The notes: generated by a model not told the origin, from the sequence alone. Positions 50,780 through 62,589 are shown, numbered from the stretch's first letter. The stretch: DNA of 64,000 nt from Hydrolagus affinis (GCA_012026655.1 JAAILG010001389.1:1-64000), one strand, 5' to 3'. Made by a program: numbers and translations.

Positions 50780-51727
50780 GTCTCTCGAGACTGAACATAG
50801 TTGCTTGTCTGATCTCCTGTGAATGAAGAGAGGCTTTCCATTCAGCTAGAAAGGTTTTGACAAGTGGGTCATTCATTTACATAGAGCCCTTCACGCGGGG
50901 CAATGGCTCGGACTTCAGGATAAACAAAAACACTGCACATCATTTGCACTTGTCACCTTATTTACATTCTACCTGCTAGAAACAGAGGGGAAAAAAACAC
51001 ATTCTTCCTACTCAGTGCCAATTGTCACAGATAACACCTCATAATGAGCACCCTTGAGCAGTGCTAACCTCATCAATAACACTGATGCATGTTAAACAAG
51101 ACTCGTCATGCTCTACGGGTTCATAACACGTAAGGTATTTCCTCTCATGTGTCCTCGCACATGAGATCGACTGTGGCAGGGAAATGGGAAAATACAATCT
51201 TCTGAAGAAATACCACCTCAAGTATTTAAAGATCTCATCACCATCCCATCGGTGATGGCTGATGTCTTTGGCTATTTTGCTCCAATGTTCGAATGGCTGC
51301 AATTTTGCGCTTTTCCTTTATCCAACTTCTCAGTACGTAAATATGTAATCTTTCAATTTCTAAAACACTATCCGTGCTGAAGAATTATTGAATTTCTGAA
51401 GCGTTCTGGAATGATTTATTTAGCAATGAAACTTCTGAACATAGATTTACTCCATTTTTTGCAGCATTTCCAGGACGTGCAGAATTCGGCAAGTGTTCAG
51501 CTTCAGTTTCGAAGCTGTTTCTCGTGCAAGTTAATTCTCCTGAAGAAACCAAAATAAAACCGCCTTCAAACCAACACACTGGATTGAACAATTTCCCTCG
51601 TCCAGAGATTCTCAAGTATATTCTCAATACTCAACATCAGCAACAGACTGCAATTATATAATGCTCTCCAATGCAGGGCAGCGGCTCAGAGCACTTAACA
51701 CTGGTGGCATCTGACTCCGAGCTGGAG

Positions 51728-52525
51728 GTCAAAGAGGAAATTTTTCAAGTGGGACTTGAAAGAGGGAAAAAAGGGGCAAGACGGAGGGATTGAAGGAGAG
51801 TGTTCCAGAGTTTTGGATCGGAGTGGCTGAAAGCGTGACCTCCGACGGTGGGGCGGGGGGTGTGAAAGACGAGCAAGAGACCAGAGCAAGTTGAGTTGAA
51901 GTCGATCCGTTCGGGGTCTGGCCAGAACTAGTGAGATATGGTACACAGTCACTATGCGGGTCAGCCTGGGTCAGTGTGTGGACCACAGAGTTTTGAATAA
52001 GCAGGATCTCATGAATGTGGAGCTGGGGAGACCGGCGAGGAGTGTATTAATAATAATAATCATCCTTACATTTATGTAGCGCTTTCCACATCTTATCGAC
52101 GTCTCATAGCGCTTCACAGAATACAACAATGTTCCAAGGTTGGGACCAGAGCAGGGTGGGACGGGTCTAGGTAGGGAGAAGGAAAAAAGGCAAGAAAGAG
52201 GGGAAAAGAGGTAGGGACCACAGCAGGAGCGAGAGGGGTAGGGGGAAGGAGAGCAGGAAAACCGACTGTATATTTGTGGGCAAAATGCGGCAGCCAAATT
52301 GCGCACAGATTGCATATTGGAGTAATCCAACAGGGAGGTGACAAACGCATGCATGAGAGTTTCGGCTGTGTATGGGGTAAGGTGCGGTCAGAGGACGGCA
52401 ATGTGGCGGAGGTGGAAGAAGATAGTCCTGGTCAGGGCTCGGATGTGGGGGAGGAAGGACAACCGGATGGGGGGAGGCAGTTGAACTGGATGCCTAGATT
52501 GCGCACTGGTTCTGAGTCTGAGACA
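51728..52525 (-). mobile_element. L2 ORF2 3' remnant interrupted by a SINE (52048-52312)
   Basis: Minus strand: PVRNLGIQF, MHAFVTSLLDYSN / TLLAGLPSST, FKSHLKNFLFD. Confidence 0.85.
52048..52312 (-). mobile_element. SINE 3' part with an embedded L2-3'UTR-like segment (~52128-52262)
   Basis: SINE tail at 52048-52124, purine-rich insert, SINE body at 52264-52312. Confidence 0.8.
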
Positions 52526-52526
52526 T

Positions 52527-52610
52527 GGGGTAATTTCCACATGTACACGGATGACATCCAACTCTACCTATCCGTGACGACGCTCGATTCCAGAACCACT
52601 GGCATTCTGG
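52527..52610 (+). mobile_element. Inverted L2 RT fragment (YADD motif region)
   Basis: GNFHMYTDDIQLYLSVTTLDSRTTGIL; homologous to GVNFHIFVDDTQLYISASTIDSRT at ~33.8 kb. Confidence 0.85.
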
Positions 52611-53053
52611 CAAAATGGCAAAATATATTGATGGGAAAAAAACCTCGCAGACCAAAGGCTGGGTCGAATTTTCAACCCCGCTGGTGTTTGCATTGGCAAA
52701 GTGAAAAAGGAATAAACGAAGAGTTAAATCTTCACTGCAATCAAGAGCCTTCACGTCTGTACCAATCTCAGAACACCTGCTAAATACGATACATCACGTA
52801 CAAATTAATGGCATTTAGACAGGACGGGCATTAGGAAATTGAAACGCATTAACACCACTCATCTCTACAGTAGTCGGCATATTTTTAGAATTCACACCCT
52901 GATAAATATATCCCTTGGAATCAATCCCTGCCACCCTGTTCATGTATCAATTTATTTTATCAAGAATGAATACAAAAGGGCACATTAGCGTTTCCTGAGA
53001 TACGACTCCCATCACCGGTGAATTTTTAAAATTAAATAATTAATAATGGTACG

Positions 53054-53740
53054 GTCAGCCTGGCTCAGTCGATAGCACTCTCACCTCTGAGTCAGAAGAT
53101 TAAGGGTTCAAGCCTTTTCCCCTCTACACCTCCCCCTCAATGACTTTGAACTCATCTGGGCTGATGCTATATTCTAGTACTGTGAGGAGCACTGCGTGAT
53201 TCAAAGTGCCATGCTTTGAATGAGACCTTAATAACAACAATAATAATCCTTGAATTTGATATAGCGCTTTTCACATCTTCTAAATGTCTCAAAGTGCTTT
53301 ACAAAATATATTGTAAAGTGAATTGACTGTATATTTGTGGGCGAAATGTGGCAGCCAATTGCTCAAAGCAGTGTCCCACAAACAGTCGTGGATCGAAATG
53401 ACCAATTTTACTATTGTGGTTTTTTTGGAGGGATTATTATTAGGCGTGTGGAGTAAGTAAACTTACCTAAGATTTTGCCCTGACCTGCCTGGATTCGACC
53501 ACAGGTCTCACAGTTGTAAGACGAGTGCTCCAACCACTGAGCTACAGCACTCCACCCAGATCCCATCTACCTGTTCAGGTGGGAGCTAGAGATCTCACTG
53601 CTCTATATTTAAACATGGAAGGGAGTTTCTCTTAGTGTCTTGGCCAACAATCCTCCAAATAATATTGGCCATTCGCTTCTTGGCTGTTCGTGGGACATTG
53701 CTGCATACAAATCGGCTGCGTGTTTCGCTAACATAAACGT
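53054..53740 (+). mobile_element. SacSINE1-like DeuSINE split by a younger SINE
   Basis: GTCAGCCTGGCTCAGTCGATAGCACTCTCACCTCTGAGTCAGAAG...GGGTTCAAG head; Deu domain resumes at ~53554 (TTCAGGTGG...GGGAGTTTCTC...GTGTCTTGGCCAA). Confidence 0.8.
53231..53553 (-). mobile_element. tRNA-derived SINE, full length, short subfamily (TAC)
   Basis: Antisense full copy nested in the DeuSINE. Confidence 0.94.
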
Positions 53741-55995
53741 AATCCCACGTTGCAAAGCAAAGCTACACTGATTAACATAAATTTCACTTCAAAAACCGCT
53801 CTGCGTTCAATATTGTTGCGTTAATTCAAAATAAATATATAACTTGTTGAAAAAAATCAATCTAATTACGCTATTGTATTGAAATGGAAATATGTGAAAA
53901 AAATACTTAGAAAGGAGTAAACTTCAGGGATAAGAGGAAAGGATGGATAAGTGGACTGAAAGGAACGCTCTTTATAAAAAAAAATCCAGCTCAGACACTC
54001 CGTGCCACAAATATTTATGGGTCTGTGGACAAAGAAGAAATGTTCTTGCAACTCGTGAGCGATTCTTAAAATAAAGTTAAAGTACAGAGCTGCAAGTGGT
54101 TCATTGGGACCGTTTGGCTTTGTCGAATTCATAATATGTGGTATATTTGTTCAACAAAGTGGAACGGGTAGCAGCAGCATAGTGTCAGGGGATGCATACA
54201 GTTAGCACACGCTCAGCTGCGCTCTTTATTTAAAATCTAATATGTGCATACATTAGCTTTTAAGTGTTCAACATCACTTACAATAGAAGACTGGCCACAT
54301 AATAATAATATTAATAACAGTAATAATAATGCGCGCAATTGATATTGTGCTTTACCACGTCCTTGAGACGTCTCAAAGTGCGTCACAGAACCTACTGTAA
54401 AGTGAGTTGACCTTATATAGTATGGGCAAATCGCCGTTACAAAGCGGTGAAGGAGGTTAGTGGCATTGAATGTTTGAGGACAGCTAAACGTGTCAGCGGA
54501 CAGGTAAATTGCCTTCCTGAGGAGCTCATGACAGCCCTATAAATTCAGCAACTTTACGCACATAACTGCAAGTTTGCACGCCGAACTGAAGGTGAGAGGC
54601 TGGATCTGGTCATAAAAAAGAAATAGTGGTCCGACACCATCGCAATCAGACTGACCTTCAGTCATGGCATTTGCTTTTTAGTCATTCTGTTGCTTTTGCC
54701 CCAGCAGATTAAAAGCACAACACAGAACTGCTTCCACCTGCAGGTATGTATGTATACATGATGATTATGTCAGCAATTCCTGGTTACCTCGTCCACCACG
54801 TTCACAGAAAACCTTTTATTCCATGGCTCGGGGGAGACTTCTTGCTCGTGCGGTTACCTGCCTATTAGATTGCAAAGTGTCCTCTGCTCTTGAGCTCTGC
54901 ACTGTGTTATTGGGAGAGCCTGAAGGAGCCGTGTTAATGTGAGTGCACATATTTCCAGGGGGCAGGCGTTCCGAACTGACCTCGTTAACCCCGGCTGCGA
55001 AGCCGTGAGTCAGTTCAGAGTTGCAGTCGTTAGCAGTAATTTGGAACCCGGTTGTTGTTCCATTTTCGGTTCGATTTTCCGGGGTTGATAATCCCTTCCA
55101 ACAAAATGAATTCACTAATTAAAATAAGAAGGATCCGATCACTCAATCAACACCTGTGTGAGGGACAGCCGTGTTCCTCCCACAAAAGGAACGGTCAATT
55201 CACTTTACAATAGGTTCCGTGACACGTTTTGAGATGGCTCGACAACGTGATCAGGCGCTATATCAAATGCCAGGATTATTATTATCTTATTGATACGCTG
55301 AATCTCCTTCGAGTCAGATTTAACACCCAAATGACGCGGATTAGAAAATGTTTTTGGTCATCTTCTTGTCCCCCATCAACTAACTCCGCCACCACATCCC
55401 ACCCCTGTCAAGTGGCCAGTTAGGGCAGTGATGATTTAAGGTGTCCTCCTGATGTGAAAGGCTTGGTGTATAGTTGAGCTGCAATTGATGTTGAATTGTG
55501 AGCATTTCTGCGCTGTGTCCACGGGGTATTGAGGCAAAACTGCTTAAATCCCATTTGACTTGGGATCCCGAAAAGCCAGTGGGGAGATGGAGAATTTCAC
55601 TCAGATTAATCTCTGCTCAATTTGAACCCTGGCCTCAGATGTAAACAGAGCCTTTTCCAAACCCTTTCTGTCACCCGCTCTCCTCATACACCGCGCTGCT
55701 GATTAGATAATTGCGTGCAAAAGAACTTGATAAATCCAATTTGTTTATAGATGGGGGAAGGATTGAATTCAATTTACACATCTCAAAGTTTCAAGTCAAG
55801 CCTAAAAAAATGAATCACACAATGTTCCAATCATCTGTAAACCACAACAATGTTTAAATGTGTGACTTGCTGTTGAATAGGATATTGTTCAGGATACTCT
55901 ATATAAATGCACAACAGTGGTGAGGGGTGATGACAATAGGTTACATGCAACTACAAGTCAATTGAGCTGCACTCGCAGTTATTTGCACCCTCTGT

Positions 55996-56316
55996 GGAGC
56001 TCCTTTGGCTCAATGGTTAGAGCACTCGCCTTACAATCGGGAGACCTGTGTTCAAATCCATGCAGATCAGGGTGAAACCTTGGGCAAGTTTCCTTACTTC
56101 ACACGCCTATTAATAATCCATCCCCAAAAAATACAATAATAAAAATTGGTTATTGTTAATCAACGACTGTTTGTGGGACACTGCTTTGCACAATTGGCTG
56201 CTGCATTTCGCCCACAAATATACAGTCAATTCACTTCACAGTATATTCTGTGAAACGCTTTGAGACATCGATAAGATGTGAAAAACGCGATATCAAATGC
56301 AAGGATTATTATTATT
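55996..56316 (+). mobile_element. tRNA-derived SINE, full length, short subfamily (TAC)
   Basis: GGAGCTCCTTTGGCTCAATGGTTAGAGCACTCGCCTTACAA...GCAAGGATTATT. Confidence 0.94.
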
Positions 56317-57204
56317 ACGTGCTTACAGTTAGTACTGATTCCTGTTTTCAGATTGCACTTGAATACTTTTCTCTTTGACCATGCTTACCTCCTCGCTCTC
56401 CCCTGCTCAGCGTTAGACTATGTTATTGCTAAGTGCTCCGAAATGCTACCCTGCTGTATAAATTCAACAACGAAAATTTGCATTTATACTGTGCCCCTCA
56501 TATGCAAGATTCAAATGCAAGATATTGTTGCATATTGTTTCACTATTAAAAATAATATCACTGATAATCAGGAATAATCTTTACAGCAAAGCGCTTGCAG
56601 GCATTTCCAAGACGTAATAAGGCACTATATCTAATGCAAGGATTATTATTGTTATCTAAATAACCCTCTTTCCTCTATTTCCTTTTCATAGGCTTTCCTC
56701 ACCAGCTACAACAGTCACTTACGGTCTATTCATTCTTCACCAAACCACCATTCAGCTTAATCAAACCCACCACTTCCCCTCCCTGTCTTCGCAATTCTGA
56801 ATTAGTTTACTGCGGCAATTGCCACCGTTTCCGTGTTTCACAGTGAAGCATTGCTGTTCGACACAGATTTTAAATCTTTTATGCGATGTTAAAAATGACT
56901 GAGAACAACCCGAATCAATAGCCGTACTTCACTTTGCACTCTGTGCACCCGGGTGATTTTTCAAATCCGTTTCTCCCAAACGAACGCAGGAACGCGCAGA
57001 TGGGAGGAGGCATCAAGAGTGATGAATTTGTTCAAGAGCGCGGAAAAGAAAAGAAGCCGGGAGCTTCCTTAGCTTTGCGTATGCCAATATTTTGACACTG
57101 ATGAATAACTTTCCTTAACAATACAGTATAACCGGAATTGTTTTGGAATTTAGAGCACTCTGTTGCCCGGAGAACTAGGAGAAAGGTTTTTTTTTAAATC
57201 ATCA

Positions 57205-57688
57205 GCCCGGTAACCCCATCCTTGCCCGGCTCCACTTGCTCCCCATCGCTCAGAGGATACAGTTCGAGATCCTGGTCCTCAACTTGGAAGCCCTCCATGG
57301 CCTTGCTCCTCCCCACCTCTGTGACCTCCTAACACCCTAGCAACCTGTCCGCTCCCTTTCCTCAGTGGGCTCCGGCCTGCTTCACATCCCCTACCTTCCA
57401 TGGTCCCACCATTGGCAAGCGGTAGGGCCTTCAGTCATTCAGCCCCCCAACTCTCTAGAACTCCATCCCACAGTCCCTCTTCCTCCCCTGTCTCCGTCAA
57501 GACCCTTCTCAACACCTTCCACTTTGACCGTGCCATATCCCTCATGTCCCTACCCTCCCAAACCTCCATCCATCCTGATCCCAGTCACCAGCTCGGATGC
57601 GGATCCCTGCCTGTCCAGCACCTGGGGACGCCCTCCAGAAGAGACAGGCGCTATACAAAACCTAAGTTGTCATTGTTGTTGTTGTTGT
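57205..57688 (+). mobile_element. L2 3' remnant
   Basis: PILARLHLLPIAQRIQFEILVL.LEALHGLAPPHLCDLL; (GTT)n tail. Confidence 0.87.
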
Positions 57689-58040
57689 ATTTGATGCTGC
57701 GCCTTTCACGTCAGGAGGATGTCTCCAAGTGCTTCACAGGATTCACGAGAAAGAGTAGTGACTGCGTATTTTGTGGTCAGAACTAATTTGCGTGCGGTAA
57801 CATTCCACAAGCAGGTGTGAAGTGAATGATCAGTATTACTGTGGGGGTGTGGGGGTGTGTGTGGGGGGAAAGGAAATTAAATTGCCGGGCATGTCACTGT
57901 GAGAAACAACATTTTTATTTCCAAGGACCCACTGCATGTTTAAAGTCCACTGATCTGGCACTGACAAGACCTTGGTTTAATGTCTCATTCACAGAATGGC
58001 ACCTGATCAGTGCAGCTCTGCATTGGCGGGTCACAGCCTT
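57688..58040 (-). mobile_element. Older DeuSINE-like copy, tail-to-tail with the L2 remnant
   Basis: Antisense tail GCGCCTTTCACGTCAGGAGGATGTC; CCTTGGTTTAATGTCTCATTC...GGCACC. Confidence 0.7.
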
Positions 58041-58802
58041 GAGTTATAATGTGGACCTCTTACCTCAATAACAACAACAACTTGGCACTTTACAAAGCGC
58101 CCTCCATACAGGATAGCGTCCCAGAGTTCTTTCTCCCCACCTCTGGCACCCCCACCATCCCTCTCTCTATTTCTACATTGCATGTTCCAGGAGCTTGGTA
58201 TTGTTGAGCTTTATCTAAGATGTGAATTTAAAAGACAATTTACCCGGATAGAGAGTGTTCATGAGTGTCAGTTAATGAGCTCGAGGCTTTTAACATTATT
58301 TTAACCTCTTCCCCGAAAGTGCTTCTGTTTCCTATCCGTAAGCCTGTCCATCTCATTTCTATCCAAAATTAAACATTTTACCTAAACCAGACTGCTCGAC
58401 TGCATGTGTTTAATAATGTTGGATGAATATTTTATGACAAAACTGTCTGCGGGGCTGCACTAGCAGTAACAAACAGAGATCAAAGTTACGTGGGCTTTGA
58501 GTTGCTTTTAAACCGCTGGTTAAAATGCTGACAAAGATTAATAAGTCTAGTGGAAATGGTTTAAAGCACCCAACTTATTGGTGGTGGATTAAGAGAGGAG
58601 AATCCAGAAACTTTAGCTTGTAATTGATTTCAAATTTGTCTCGCCGTCAATGCGTTTGCTGAGTTTATTCTGTGTTGAGAAGGATGTCAACTAAACATAT
58701 TAAAACTCTCCCCCATTTGACCAAAGGAAGGACGTGTATTTTTTAATAGTACAATAGTCATTCGAATTGCTCACACTTAATCACCACCAAATTACTGCCA
58801 GG

Positions 58803-59112
58803 TGTCAGCCTGTCTCAAACGGTAGTCCTCTCACCTCTAAGTCAGACGATCGTGGGATTCGAGCCCCCGCATTGGGATTTGGATCTCGCCCCAATGCAAT
58901 GCTGTGGGTGCCTATGTTGATGGAAATTCTTCAGGCGAGATATTAAACCAACTGCCTGTTTAGGCAGACTTTAAAGATGCCTTGGCATTACTTGAAAGAA
59001 GAAGGAAGTTGCTCCACGAACAATGCCCCAAATAGAAATTGTTCGTTTGTTACGATGGCTGTTTTGTGGGCCATTGCTGTGCTGCAAACAGGTTGCCGCA
59101 TTTGTCTTCTTA
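58803..59112 (+). mobile_element. SacSINE1-like DeuSINE, degenerate
   Basis: TGTCAGCCTGTCTCAAACGGTAGTCCTCTCACCTCTAAGTCAGA head; GAGATATTAAACC...AAAGATGCCTTGGCATTACTTGAAAGAAGA. Confidence 0.72.
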
Positions 59113-59670
59113 CAGGGCGCACACACCCGCCTGCGCACACATCTCACTGGAAGCTGGTTGTTTGAGCAACTCATTCTATCTCCCCTTAATGGGAATGCTC
59201 TAATTAAAATTCAGCTTTATTAAGTAATAAAATCTGTATGAGGGTCAAAATGTACCCGCTTCAGATCATGACATTTCATACTCGCTGAATGAAAAGACGG
59301 AAATCCACTGGGAGCACACAGCTACCGGCATCCAGGCTGCTCAGTCTAGCAGTAAATTTATTTGTCCAATTTCATACAAGTTGAAATGGTGAAAATTAAT
59401 CAGCTTTTATATCCCCTCAAATGAGCCACTTAACCTTTGTGAACAAGTCTCTGCCTTGTGTCCGTGGGGGGGTACGAGTGCAGAAATTTGCTTCACAGAG
59501 CCTGAGGGACAACTGGCAGTATAAAAGGTCTTTTTGTAAAGAAACAGCATTTTTTTTCCTCCAAAATAATCGGCAAGACAATAGAGACTCAGTCCACGTC
59601 TCCTAAACATTGCCCCATCCCGTTGTATAACACTAGCCAGTTATAAAAGTGAAGTCTCGAAACACACCAA

Positions 59671-59785
59671 AAGAGTGTCCTGACGAAGGATCGTGGACCC
59701 GAAACGTTGACTCACTTTTCCTTTCTCCATAGATGCTGCCAGACCTGCTGAGTGTTCCCAGTGATTGCTGCTTTTGTTTCCAAAA
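59671..59785 (+). mobile_element. Penelope-like terminal fragment containing a minimal type I hammerhead ribozyme motif (59677-59711)
   Basis: GTC-CTGACGA-AGGATCgtgGACCC-GAAA-CG-TT-GAC, then CTCCATAGATGCTGCCAGACCTGCTGAG. Confidence 0.75.
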
Positions 59786-59904
59786 TAGACTGGTTGGGCT
59801 ACGAGAAAGCTTTGACTGCACCTTAAGGAATAATAAGAAAAATAAAATCGACTGCCAAAGCTGAAGCAGATTTGATACGCAACCCAGAGGAGAGCTTACA
59901 GGTA

Positions 59905-60200
59905 TAATCATAATAATCCTTGCCTTTCGCAAAGCGCCTTATTACTTCAACGAGATGTCTCACAGGATTTTATTGCGAACTACAATAACTATGTTCTCGT
60001 GGGCGAATGCAGCAGCCAATTTGCACACAGCAATGTCCCAGAAACAGCCATGAGTGAATGAAAACTTTTATCTGCGGAAATGTTGGCCAGGCCGCTGGAG
60101 TAAATTCCCTTCTCAAACAATGGCACAGGATCTTTAATGTCGATGTGAACAGGTGGACTGGACCTCGGTTTAACGTTTCACTTGAAGGACAACACCAACA
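59905..60200 (-). mobile_element. Older DeuSINE-like copy
   Basis: GCAGCCAATTTGCACACAGCAATGTCCCA...GGATCTTTAATGTC...CCTCGGTTTAACGTTTCA. Confidence 0.78.
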
Positions 60201-60321
60201 CTAATAATACAGCACACACACACACACACCGGCACTATATTGGATTGCGAGTTCAAAGTAGCGAGCTTTAAGACGTCCTCCCAGTGTGAATATCACTGTA
60301 ACCAAATGCAAGATTTATTGT

Positions 60322-60505
60322 TAAACAAAAGGCAAAATACCGCAGATGCTAGAAATCCTTGATAAGAACAGAAATTGCTGGCGTTAACATTTCAGATCGA
60401 TGCGTTCTGACGAAAGGTCAACGTCCTGAAATGTTCAGTCACTTTCCTCTCTCCATAGATGGTTCCTGACCTGCTGAGTGTCCCCAGAGCCTTTTGTTTT
60501 TATTA
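60322..60505. mobile_element. Penelope-like insert made of two inverted terminal halves
   Basis: Left half (AAAATACCGCAGATGCTAGAAATC, GTTAACATTTCAGATCGA) is antisense to the right-half family sequence (CTGACGAAAGGTCAACGTCCTGAAATGTT...CCTGACCTGCTGAG). Confidence 0.72.
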
Positions 60506-61269
60506 AGGATTATGATCATTATTTAAAATGTCTGGAACATCATGCACATTGAGAGGCACACGTCGACTTTCAGGAATGGCAGAAGAACTCTTTCAGAAAC
60601 GTACTCTTGTCTCTAAAGCCAAACTGAGTCGGTGGCAGTTTGATGCTGACGCAGAGATTGATTGAATTCCTGAAGGTACAATGCCTGAGCACACTGTCCT
60701 TACATGACTGCTGAGTCTGCGCTGAAGGCAAAAAGAAATACTACTTCAAGGACAACACCTCAAACAATGGCTTGGATTTAGGCGTTTCCAGCATGAGTGA
60801 ACAGAAATCAACTCCAGTAACCTTCAGAGAGGAAGCAAAAAGGGTACTTGTTTTGGGATGCCATCCGAGATGAGAAGCACCATTCAGCATTCATCTGATA
60901 TTGGGTTAAACGTCTTCTTAGGCTAATGAAAGCACCCCCAGAGAACATTGATTAACGGCCTAGTCTGGTTCATTCTATGTTCCAGGTTGGTGATTGCCAT
61001 CTGGTGTATCAGAAACGAACAATACAGAACAACCCACATAAAGCATGTGCTCCTGAGCATGTTTATGGCTGTCTGCCTTCCCCCGAGGCCAATGTAAACG
61101 TGGTCTAAAGGCCACGAGTCATCAAGACTGGAAATTGTTATTGTAAATTGCAAGAGAGCAAAGTTTCTACACCATAAAACATCAGTGTTGGCGTTCACTG
61201 CACGGAAGAACCTCCAAATCAGCAATAAACATCCTTTTGTGTGCCTTCACTACCGAATCTGTATGCAAT

Positions 61270-62589
61270 CCCAGGTAGCAAGCCCATTTGGGGCCCATAT
61301 GGGCATGACCCAGGCCATATGGGCATGGATCAACCCATATGTATCCCATATGGGGCCCATATAGGTTAGTCCATATGGGGATCTACTTGGGCTAGCCCAT
61401 ATGGGTATCATATGGGGAAAACCTGGGCAAGCCCATATGGGCAGAATATGGGCTGGCCCATATGGGAATCATATGCGAAAAGCCTGGGCAAGCCCATGTA
61501 TGGAGTGGACCAATATGGGTTTCATATGGGAAAAACCTGGGCAAGCCCATATGGGCAGAAGATATGGAAGGCTTTCAACAGTCAATTCACTTTGCAGCAT
61601 AGAGTGTGATGGAGGTCACAGGGTGTGTGTGAGAACTGGGACCAGTCAGACAGTCAGGCTGTGGTTGCCATGGCAATGGCTGATGATGTTAGTGGGTGGG
61701 TGGGGCTCCTGGTCCCTGCACCTTTTTGGCAGAAACCCCACAGTTGAATCCATGCAGGTTAGAGTAAAGGCAGGAGAGACCTATTGTTAAGCAAGTATCT
61801 TTTTGTGAGAGTACATGACATAGCTTAAAAGGTGTCATTTGGCCATGCACAATGTACATTTTGGCAAGGGAGGAAGTTGTCAGCCCATTTGAACACAAAC
61901 AGCACAACACATCCAAAACATTCCCCCTGCTATTAAAAACATACACATTATTCTATTGGTTTCTATCTTTCATTCTTGCGACTTTTATCCAATCAAATTG
62001 TTCGTTAAATTCTCTTTTTGGGTACTAGAAAAGGTATAAATGGTATATGGTCAAAAAGTTGATTACACTTATCATCCATTCACAGTTGCTATTTAAGCCA
62101 CAAAATGCAAGAATAACGGATCTTAAGATTTAAATCACTGTAAACCATAGCATTTTATTGAGATTTCTCAAGTGTTCCAATGTGAGTAGGATGTTAGTCA
62201 GCATCACATTAGCAATATATGGTGATATTTTTTCCAATTTCATAGATGAACCCCATATAATGCCCATATGGAATGGCCCATATTCTGCCTATATACTGCT
62301 GGCGCACATGGGCCCCAGGTGAACCCCATGTAATGCCCATATGGGATGGCCCATATTTTCCCCATGTGATGCCCATATGGGATAGCCCATATTTCACCCA
62401 TATATTACCCAGATTTGCCCAGATGGGCCCCAGATCTAACCCATATGGGTTATCTGGGCTGGCCCATATGGGTCCCATATGAATCTTGGGTGCAGAATCC
62501 TGTGGGGTCCATATGGGCCACCCCATATGGGACCCATATTTTGGCCCATATGGGACCCATATGGCCCCCACATGGGCTTGCTACCTGGG
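61270..62589. mobile_element. Non-autonomous CACTA/EnSpm(CMC)-like DNA transposon, 1320 bp
   Basis: TIR CCCAGGTAGCAAGCCCAT..GGG matches 32/34; 2-bp TSD AT; arrays of palindromic CCCATATGGG in ~300 bp at each end; no transposase ORF. Confidence 0.88.

Noticed and set aside
51039-51302. Protein-like ORF (QPFEHWSKIAKDISHHRWDGDEIFKYLRWY) and a small 8-bp hairpin at ~51145
   Set aside because: No polypyrimidine acceptor on the minus strand and no family recognised; short stems are expected by chance.
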